Shown here: one piece after another, positions 11,501-23,500 of the stretch | Position numbering within the stretch: position 1 is the stretch's first letter | How the letters are laid out: each line of letters opens with the position of its first letter | Origin: a virus | Taxonomy: Duplodnaviria > Caudoviricetes | DNA: 64,000 nucleotides | Virus record (IMG/VR): IMGVR_UViG_3300028412_000003 | Reading direction: 5' to 3' (one strand) | Program-made: the position numbers and the translations under genes | The notes under the pieces: model-generated | What the model saw: only the letters and a program-made list of their open reading frames with translations | Database searches by the model: none | Told to the model about the DNA's origin: nothing

Positions 11501-14500
11501 AATGAATCTCAATTAATCCATGGTAAAGATTATACGTTTAATGACAATGGATTTTGTATTATTACGGCAGATAAAGAAATTGATGATATAATTGAAATAT
11601 ATGAATATGAAACAACAGATGGTTGTTTCATACCTCCTACTCCTACAAAATTAGGATTGTATCAGGCATATCGTCCTGCAATAATAAATGACACAACTTA
11701 TCGTACTCCTACAGTAATGATACAGGGTCATGATGGATCGTTAACTCGAGCATATGATGATTATAGAGATGATTTGTTACTTGAATTAGAGACTCGAATT
11801 TATAATAACCTTAAACAACCATATAGAACTGATATATTAGATATAAAAGATTTTGTCGGCGGTGAATTTCGTTCAACAAATTATACTAGAGATAGTATAA
11901 ATGATTCGATGATATATGATTTTACACAATGGTTATCTGTTGTCGGATCGGTTGATTATACCAACAATAATTTTTATGTAAACGGTGATACTTTCACTTA
12001 CAATTATAAATTTATGTCATCACCTAGCGGAAAACCATTACCGGGATTTTGGAGAGCAGTTTATAAAGAAGCTTATGATACTGATCGTCCACATACAAAT
12101 CCTTGGGAAATGCTTGGATTTACAGTTATGCCAGATTGGTGGACAGACAAGTATGGACCAGCCCCATATACTAGAGACAATTTAATATTGTGGAATGATT
12201 TAGAACAAGGTGCTATAAAAGAACCTGGAACAAATCCACAATATCTAACCAAATATGCTCGTCCAGGATTGACAACCCATATACCAGTTGACAGCCAAGG
12301 AAACTTGCTTAGTCCTTTAGATTCGAACTATGCAAAGGGTTATATTTCAAATTTAACTGTTAGAGAATTTGCATTCGGAGACGAAGCACCTGTAGAAACT
12401 GCATGGCGTAAAAGTTCTGAATATCCTTTTAGTTTAATAACTTCTTGGTTATTAAATCAGCCTTCAAAAGTGATGGGAATAGGATTTGACATTTCTCGTA
12501 TTGAAAGAGACTTAGCAGGTCATTTGGTATACACCGAATCACAAGAACAAATAAGAACAGCCGATTTGATTTTTCCTAATACAATAATGGGGAATACAAG
12601 AATTAACACAGCCGGATTAGTTAATTTTATGTATAATTATTTGGCTAGTTCTGTTTTATTAAGCTATGAAAATTATAAAGACAGGTTAACATCAATAACA
12701 ACACAACTAGGTGCAAAAATTGGTGGATTTACTGACAAGGATAAGTTTGAATTAATACTTGATTCTCGTACTCCATTTAACAAGAGTAATGTTTTAATAC
12801 CAAAAGAAAATTATAATATTTTCTTAAATACTAGTTCTCCGGTTGAAGTAATAAACTATTCCGGTGTAATAATTGAACGTCTAACTGGTGGATATGCAAT
12901 CCGCGGGTATGATCGTAATTCACCCGGGTTTAGTTATTTTAGAGCACACGAACTTAATAATGATACACTTATTAATATAGGTGGTGTGTCACAATCTTTT
13001 GTAAATTGGGATGTAAACAATAGATACTTAGTAGGACAAGTAGTTCAATACCAGTCTAAGTTCTACAGAACCAAAACAGCTCATGTAAGCGAATCATCTT
13101 TTGATATAGAAAAATTTGCGGTACTACCAAGACTACCAATAGATGGCGGCCGCGATGTTTATATAAGAAAAAGTTTTGATAAAAGAAGAGTGCTTGAAAT
13201 ACCATACGGATTTGTCTTTAAGACCATTCAAGAAGTAGCAGATTTTATATTTGGATACCAAGCATATCTTATCGATAAAGGATTTATATTTGACTATTTT
13301 GATAAAGATGCAGGAGTGGTTGAAGATTGGGTGCAATCAATTAAGGAATTTGCATTTTGGACAACACAAAATTGGCAGGAAAATTCAAGTATTACACTTA
13401 GCCCCGGAGCTGCTCAAATTAAATTTAAGAGTGAATTTTCTGTAGTTGATAATTTGTTTGATAATTTTTATGATTATAGTTTGTTTAAAGCTGATGGACA
13501 AAAACTAAAAGAAGATTTTACTAGTCGTGTTCGTAATAACGAAAATGATTTTATTGTTTCTCCTCGTGAAACAGCAGATGGAATTTACAATATTAAATTG
13601 CCATTAGTTCAAAAAGAACATGTATTGTTATTAGATAATAGAACAGTCTTTAATGATATATTGTATGATTTAGAACCAGGTTATCGCCAGGAGAGAATTC
13701 GAGTAGTTGGATATCGTTCAGATAACTGGACAGGTGGTCTTAACATACCTGGATTCATATACGACAGTGCAACGGTAACAGAATGGGAAACAAACAAAGA
13801 TTATTCAATAGGTGATCTAGTTAAGTACAAAGAATTTTATTATGTTTCGAATAATAAAATTTCTGGAACAGACAAATTCTCCACAAAAGACTGGACTCGT
13901 CTAGGCGAAAGACCAGAACCAAAACTTCGTACTAACTTTGATTTTAAAATTTCAGAATTTTCTGATTTTTATAGTTTAGACACGGATAATTTTGATGGAG
14001 AGCAACAGAGAATGGCTCAGCATCTAATTGGTTATCAAGATAGAGACTACCTAAAGAATATTATAAATGATGACATAAGTCAATACAAATTTTATCAAGG
14101 TTACATTGCTGATAAAGGTACAAAGAATTCACTTACTAAGTTGTTTGATGCACTTGCTTCGGCAGATAAAGAAAGTCTTGAATTTTACGAAGAATGGGGA
14201 GTTCGTGTAGGACAAATTGGAGCAGTTGAAAAATTTAGTGAAATTGAATATGCACTTGATGAAACAAAGTTTTTCTTAACTCCACAACCTATCGAATTAA
14301 CTAATACAATTGATACAAATGACACTCGTTTAATTTACAAGATACGAGAAAGCGAGACATATCTTAAAAATTTAAATTATGATCATACACCCTTTCCGAC
14401 AGTAGCAAATTTTACAGAATTCTTAAAGACGGCGGGTTATATTCATACAGACGATGTAGTACAGTCTTTAATTGACTACAAAAGCATTCTTAATCTTGAT

Positions 14501-17500
14501 TTTAGTGATCTAACAGAAGGTGATTATGTATGGGTAGGTAAAGAAAATAACACATGGAATGTTTATAGATTTTCTTCATCTAATTATCAAATTGAAAAGA
14601 TAACCGATTCTTATACAATAAGACAAAACGATTCAACTGCGTCTAATATAACAGATGGAACAGTCATTGTATTGAATGATTCACCTGATTTTGAACCAGG
14701 TGAAATAATAGGAATATTTGATGTTAACGAGGGTGAAGGATTTTATGAAATCCTTGATGTTAGAGCAAACGTGTTGGTTCTTGCTACAGAAGGTTTAGGT
14801 ACAGAAGAAATTTCAAAAGGACGAATCGCAAGATTTAAAAGTAAGAGATTTAGTAACCTACAGTTAGCAAATCAAACTATACAGGACCTAGGTCTTAAGA
14901 ATGGTGAAATTATATGGATTGACAATGGGTTAAACAGTAATTGGTCAGTATTCAAAAAAGATACCATTTATGCTCAACAAACTCAGATATTAAATCCAGA
15001 TGCATTTGATTCAAATGATGATCAATTTGCTACATCAGTTAGTGCATCTTCTACTAATAATGAATTAGTAGTTGGTTCTCCCGGAACATTAGATGGTAAA
15101 GTTCATGTGTACTCAAGGTCAGCAGATCTTAATAATTTAGTATTTCGCAATTCTATAACACCACCGGAAAATATAATGGATATTGGTGGAAGATTTGGTA
15201 CTTCTGTTGCACTTTCAGAAGACGGAAAGTATTTAATAATTGGTTCTCCAGAAGCATCAAACGTTAAGACACGATATAAAGGTGAATATTCAACAGTAAT
15301 AGATTATGAAAAAAATGCAGTTGTTCGTTATCTTGATAGTTTGTGGAAAGCTCGTCTAAGAATATTAGGTGCAACTGACAATATTGAATTTTCAACATTT
15401 GATTCTTATAGTCAAATTGCAGAACGTTCTGACTCTAGTCTAATTAAACTTCTAACTCTTGGTAATTATAATTTAGAAGAAACAAACGTTGATCACATAT
15501 TAGTTCGAGCACCTGCAGATATATATGCCGGTGTTGCAGTTGGAGATGATATAGTATTAAAATGGAATAGTTATACACAAGAAAACGGAGATCAATCAAC
15601 AGCAGTAGAACCTTTTGACGGAAACATAATAGGCATTGATGCAGATTACATAAGTGATAGGCACACAATTGAAGAAAAAATAGAGCATATCATCTATGTT
15701 AATAGATGGAGTGCATTGCCAGAGATAGGGGAACAAATATCTTCAGACTCTGCTTCTGGAATTGTAACCTATTTTGATAACAGTGATGCATCATTAATAA
15801 TTTATATTAAAAATTTAAATGGAACTTTTGATAGCTCGGGTGACATTTATGATAGTGAAAATACTTTAATTGGTAGTTATGTTATACCTGATTACGATGC
15901 AGGAACTGGTCTTGGTGGATACTTACAAATTTCAGCACCTTCTTATGTTAACAGTGTAGTTGACGATGTGTATACAGACGAAGGTAGAGGATTAATAATA
16001 CAAGATGTATTGCGAGCAACCGAAGCCGAATATACCGATCCACTTCGTCCTAATTTCTATTACAATGTAACTGAAATATTGCAAGATCTTGGTACAATTG
16101 CAAATCAAAACGAAGAAATATCATATCTATCTGTGCTTTCGTATAGAGGAGATCCTTACGCATTAATAGAATCTGACCAATTAGACGATCGCTGGGTAGT
16201 AAGAGCACCAAAAGCATTTACAGACACGATAACTAATACTTCATTATTAGCAGGAACAGGAAACGGAGATAAATTCCGTTTTTATCCAAATACAGAAATT
16301 CCTTTAACTAATCTTGGATTAGGTAATGTAGATTTTGATGTTGAATTAGAAGTTAAGGATCTTTGGGATGGTTATATTGATTTTGAATTTACAGAATTTC
16401 AGATAGCAGACGAAGAGCCAGACGGAGTAGTAGGGGATCCATTTGAACCAGTAGTTGGAGATGTCATATCTGATAATACAACCGGAGCAACGGCTGAAGT
16501 TGTATTCTATAAGAGAAACTTCAATGATGTTAGGGTTTATGTTAAGAATGTAACAGGAACTTGGAGACTTGGTTCATTATGGGGAGAGTCGGGTAACGTA
16601 TCAAGACAGGGTTCTCCTGTTCGTACCATAGGAGCAATACGTCAGGTATCGTTAGGAACTTCTGAAGTTGGTAAACTTATCGTAATAGAAGAAAATGATC
16701 TACTACAAATACCAAATCTACAAAGTATATCAAGTCAAGAATATTGGTTTTATACAGAAGATTTTAATATATCTGGTATTCCTAGGGACGCTAATTTACC
16801 ATCTTCTAATAACAGAGATTGGATACAAGTTTACAATATAGAAGCAACGGAATTTGGAACAGAAAGTGGATACACAAACCAAGGAATGTATTCAGTATAT
16901 GAACGTAGAGTAAGAGGTTCATACGAATACGTCAATTCGTTTGTTGTTCCAGAAGCAGAAAATGATAGAAGATTAGGAGCCCAAGTTAAAGTTTCTAAGC
17001 AAAATGATTTGTATACTTTTTATATTTCTTCAAGTGGAAACGGAACGGTTAACTTACCTGGTACTATTAATATGGTACTACACGGAAATAGAAATGGAAT
17101 AACGTATGTTTGGGAAAGAGCAAAAGATCGAAATTACCGAGGAATTTTCCAGGATAATGTTTTCTATAAAGAAAATGAAATTGTAAGAGTTGGAACAAAA
17201 ACCTACCATTCTATAACTAATTTAGCACCCGGTGTGTTTGATGAAGAAGATTGGATTGAAAGTTCTTCTGATGTATCATACACAGGATATATTCCAATAA
17301 ATGCAGAAGATAACATAAATGACGATATCTTTTCACCTGGAAATCCAGATAGCTCTGTTCCGGGAATCTTGCAATTTGCATATGATTTTGACATATCTGA
17401 CAATGGACAGATACTTGCAGTTTCTTCAAAGCTAACTGGAAATGATAGTACAAAACAATCAACTATTGAAATTTATCGTAGAGAAAATGACCATTTTAGT

Positions 17501-20500
17501 TTGTCACAAGTGATACAAGCACCTGAAGATTTTACAGGATACGGAGAATCAATAGCATTATCAAATAATGGTAATTTCTTAGCAGTGGGTGAACCATACA
17601 ATGATTCAAGACGAGTTGATCAAGGCCGTGTTCATATCTATAAACAAACAGCCGGAACTTTTGTTTCAAATCAAATATTAAAAAGTACCAGTAACGAAAA
17701 AGCTGAAAAATTTGGATACAAATTATCTTTTGACGACAACCAATTAGTTATCACAAGTTTAAATGGAGATATCAAAGCAAAAACTACTTTTGACGGAGAT
17801 TCAACATACTTTGATCAAAGATTAACACGATTTGTAAATATAGACTTTAATACAGGATTGGTACAGCTTTATGAAAAAATTAATGATACATTAGTTTATG
17901 CTGATGCATTCTCTTTTAAGGACATAGATACCGATTTAACATTCTTTGGTGAAAATGTATTAGTGAAAAATAATCATGTATACATCGGAATACCACGAGC
18001 TAGATTACAAGATGATCTGTATGAAGGATTGTTGTTAGATTACAGAAAGCCAAAAAATACAAATACATGGTCGCTTCATCGTGAACCAATAGATCCTGTA
18101 AATATAAATGATATTAAAACCGCATTTGTTTATAATAAAAGAACAAATCAATACGAATCTAATGTTGATTTTATTGATCCAATACAAGGAAAAATTGCAG
18201 GTATAGCAGATCAAGATATTACCTATAAGACATATTATGATCCTGCCATTTATAATATAGGAGATGAAGAGGTTATAGTAGATGAAACTGAACATTGGGC
18301 AGAACGTTATGTTGGAAGAGTTTGGTGGGATTTAACCAATGCGTTGTTTATAAATCCTTATCAAGGAGATATAATATATCAAACCAATTCCTGGAATAAA
18401 TTATTTCCTGGGGCTAGTATTGATGTATATGAGTGGGTAGAAACAACCTTGTTGCCATCCGAATGGGATAGTTTGTCTGACACAGACGAAGGTCTTGCAA
18501 ATAATATTTCAGGAACGACAAAATATGGTGATGCCGCATATACAACTAAACAAAAATATGATAGCATTGCACAAAGTTTTGAATCAAGGTATTATTATTG
18601 GGTTAAGAACAAAGTAACGGTACCAAATGTAGAATTTCGTACTATAAGCATTAATGATATAACAAATCTAATTGCAAATCCATTTAGACAACAGTATCGT
18701 TTTGCAAGTTTATTATCTGAAAATAGATTTTCTCTTAATAATTTAGATAGATTCCTTGAAGATAAAAATCTAATAATTAGTTTCCAATTTTGGGAATTAA
18801 ACAATAGAGATATGAACATACATAATGAATATCAATTAATTACTGATGGATTAGGAACAAGTAAACCAAAAAGAGATATTGAAACAAAATGGTTTGATTC
18901 TTTGGTCGGAAAAGATAGATTCTTCCAAGAAGTACCAAATATAGAACTAAGTCCAAAAATAAGATATGGAAACCTAAATCGACCAAGACAAAGTTGGTTT
19001 ATTAACCGCAAAGAAGCACTTAAACAAGTAGTTGAAAGAACTAATGCAGTATTGCTCGAAAATCTAATAGTGGATGATTTTGATCTATCAGCACTCGAAG
19101 ATCAAGATCCTGCACCTTCTATTGTAACCAATTTATTTGATAATATAGTTGATAATTTTGCACAATTACAGTTTGTTGGAACATCCCGATTTTCTCGAGC
19201 AATATTAACTCCTGTTATAGAAGATGGAAAAATAACAAGAATTGATATAGCAGAGCAAGGTAGAGGATATCTAAGAATACCAACATTTCAGATTATAGGA
19301 AAAGGTCAGGATGCTGATTTTGAAATCACACTTGACGGAATTGGTCGAATTTCCGGTGTAACTGTAACAAATGAAGGTTTTGGATATGATTCTACAACTT
19401 CTATAATTGTACGTCCGTTCTCTATATTAGTTGAAAATGATGAATTTATTAATAATAAATGGAGTATATATAGCTGGAATCAAACCCTAAGAGAATGGGA
19501 ACGTCGCAGAACACAAGATTATGATGTAACTTCATATTGGGAATATTCAGATTGGTATGCAACCGGTTATAATACATTTTCACAAGTTGATTATACAATT
19601 GACGAAGCATATGAATTAACTGCATTAAATGATATAATTGGAAATGTAACTAAGATTCGTAATATTGGTTCAGGTGGTTGGTTATTGCTTCTTAAAGTAG
19701 ACGATCAAGATACTATTGACTATACTGTTAATTATGAAACAATAGGTAGAGAAAATGGAACAATACAATTTAGTTCTTCTCTTTATGATCCAGCTGCTGG
19801 ACAAACAGGATTTGATGTTAACAATTATGATATTACATTATATGATAGTGAGCCAGCAATAGAGATACGTAAGATATTAGAGATAATAAGAGATGATCTG
19901 TTTGTTGATCAATTAGAAGTTGAGTATAACAAACTTTTCTTTGCAAGTCTCCGTTATGTATTTACAGAACAAGGATATGTTGATTGGGCCTTTAAAACTA
20001 GTTTTGTTAAGGCAACCCATAATGTTGGAACTTTGCAACAAAAGACTACTTATCAAAATGATAATCTTCCAAGTTACGAAGATTATATATTTGAAGTTAA
20101 ACCTTACAAAACAAAGATAAGAGAATATCTTTCAACATATGATAGCAAAGATGACACCCATTCTGTTGTAACAGATTTTGATCTACCACCTTCGTATAAC
20201 GAAGACCGTAAGAAAATACTTCCAGAAAGTGTAAAAATAAGAGATGGAGTATTAACAGGTGTAACAAATAAGACACAGTCTTATCCTTGGAAACATTGGC
20301 TTGATAATTATGCTTATTCGGTTACGGAAATAAGAATAAGCAATGGTGGAACAGGATACACAGAAAGACCTGTTGTTCGCCTAATAGGTGGCGGCGGTAC
20401 AGGAGCCACCGCAAGGGCAAATATCGGATCAGGTTCTGTAAATTCAATTACTGTATTAACTTCTGGGTCTAATTATACATCGGCACCAAAAGTTGAAATA

Positions 20501-23500
20501 GAAAGACCTCAAATCGAAGGAAGTGTACCAGCAAGAGCGTCTGCTATAATTGGAGACTCACCTGTTCGTAGTTCTCATATAGCTGTTAAATTTGATAGAG
20601 TTAATGGATCGTATTACATCCTTAATATAGATGAATCAGAATCATTTAATGGTACTGCTTCTCGTACAAACTTCAATTTAAAATGGCCTATGGATTTAAG
20701 AACCAATACAGTTTCTATAACAATAAATGGACAAGAAGTATTACGTTCTGAATACGAATTTAGCAATTTACTTGATGAAAGTAAAGGATATGATAGATAT
20801 AAAGGACAAATAAGATTTACTAATCCACCATCTAATGGTGCAGCGATTGTAATCAATTATAAGAAAAATGCTCTTATGCTCACAGCACAGGATCGTATTA
20901 ATTTCTATTATAATCCAACGTCGGGACAATTTGGTAAAGATCTTGGACAGTTAATGGATGGTATTGATTATGGTGGAGTTGAGGTTCGTTCGTTTGGATT
21001 TTCAGGCGGCGGCGGCTGGGATACCGAACCATGGTATACCGGAACATGGGACACATATGATACTACCTTTGAAGATGAAATCTTTACTTTGGATGGATCA
21101 ACTATTGTTCTTGAACTAGCACAACCATTAGAAAACGGAGTTGAATATAACATTTATAAAAATGGTATTCGTTTAGATGATCCTAGTGATTCAACTCCAT
21201 CTAATCCAAACGCTGTAACACAACCAATACAAGGAGACGGTGTAACTGATGTTATAAATCTTCAAAATATTAATATTGATGCAGGCGATGGCGATGTTAT
21301 TATAGTAAGAAAATCAACTTCTGATGGTTCGTTCCTTCCAGATCCGGATTCTTATGACACCTTGTTACAAGGTGGAGACATGGCTTATCAAACTGCAAAA
21401 GGTATTGCAGCCGATCAAATTGTAGTAGACGGTGATGGATTTGTAACTCCGACTACCAGTAAAGGACCAGAAGAATTAATTCCTGGACAAGTACTTGATA
21501 CACTTGACATACAAGTGTATGACAGAGTTGGAAACGGAGGATCTCGAATTTATTCCGCTAATTATATAACAGATGGAATAACAGAAACCTATCCATTAGT
21601 TGAAAGACCAAATAGTCAAGATGCAATATTTGTTAAAATTTCAAATCAAATTGTAAATTCTTATTCAGTAGATTGGGAAACAAACGAATTAACATTTAAT
21701 GCAATACCGGTAGCAAATCAAGAACTTAATATTGTAGTGGTAGGGGAAAGCGGAACTAGTGTTCTTGATGCAATAACCTTAACAGGAAACGGAAGCACTT
21801 CAACTTTTTCAACAGCAGCAAGATATAGTGATGGAAATATAACAGCAAATGTGATGGTTAATGGAGTTCCAACCGAAGTTACCTTAACAAAGAATGTACG
21901 TGAAAATGAAATTTCTTTGATAGCAGACGGATCAACTGTAAACTTTGAACTTCCTTACTATCCAAGTATTGATTCAGTAATAACAGTAGACGGCATTGAG
22001 CAATTACCGCAATTCTATCAATATCAAATTTTAACTGACGAATTTGGTGATAATCAATATGTTCTATCATTCTTAGATAATATTCCGTTATCCGGAAGTA
22101 GTGTAATTATATACGACAATATTGGTAATACTGATATTGAATTTGCTGTTCCTCCAGCAGAAGGCGCAACAATAAGAGTTATTGTTTATGATAGTCCAAC
22201 GACTGTTTCTAGCGTAGTTGAACTTGAACAATTAATTGGTGACGGTTCAACAGAACAATTTGAATTAAGCAATGCACCTTTCTCTCAAGATCCAACTAGG
22301 TATCGTACCTTAGTTGAAGTAGACGGACAAATGCTATCGGCAGGATATACTCAAGAATTTAATGTAACAACTGCTCGCGAATATATTATTGAAACTTGGC
22401 AAATTCCAAGAGGAACCATTGCAACTGATAATCTTAGAGTTTTCTTAAATGGAGAAGAACTTGAACAAACAATTAGTTGGAGATGGGACACTTTTAATTC
22501 TTCAGTTCTGTTGTTTACAGACATAGGTACAGTAAATGACAAACTTCTAGTTTATATAATAGACGACGGTGAATATACTATTGAAGGATCTACTCTAACA
22601 TTTGATACAGCACCTGCAATAGATGCTACTATTAAAGTTTGGCAATTTTCTAATCATGATGTACAAGATATCAATCGCAAAACATATGATATAGTTGCCC
22701 GGGAAGCAATCATAGTAGGAACAGAAGCCTATTCAACGTATAATCAATTGTCAAATGGCATAATTAAATTAAAGTCACCTGCACAAGATGCACAATATGT
22801 ATGGGTTTCTATAAATGGTGAAACACTTTCTCCAAGTGTTGATTACTATGTAACAGACGATTTGAATAGTTTTCGAATCGTACGTGAATTAGCAGAAGGG
22901 GATGTTGTTGACTATATACACTTTACAGCTGATAAGAAAACTGATACATTTGGATTTAGACAGTTCAAGGATATGTTAAACAGGACTCATTATAAGAGAC
23001 TTGATGAAACCATGACTTATATTCTAGCATCGGATCTAAATTGGTGGGATCTTCGAATTGAAGTAACCGATGGAACAACATTACCAGAACCTAATAAAGA
23101 AAAAAATATTCCAGGAGTGGTTTTCTTAGATGGTGAACGTATTGAATATTTTGTCAAGCAAGACAACACTTTGCGTCAATTACGTCGAGGCACATTAGGA
23201 ACTGGAGTAAAAGATCTTTATGTAGCAGGTACAAAGGTGTACGAGCAAGGCCCTGGACAAACAATACCGTACAAGGATCAAACAAGAACTCAAGTTTTTC
23301 AATCCGATGGAACTACTAACCTTTACACGCTTGATTTTGTTGCATCAAATGTAGATGAAATAGAGGTTTTTGTTGGAGGAAGACGTTTAAGGAAAACAGA
23401 GATACAATCATTTGATAAAACAATTGATCAAGATTCTCCAGAAGCAGACATTACCCTTCCTGTAGAATTTTCAGTAGACGGTACAACTTTAACACTAACT

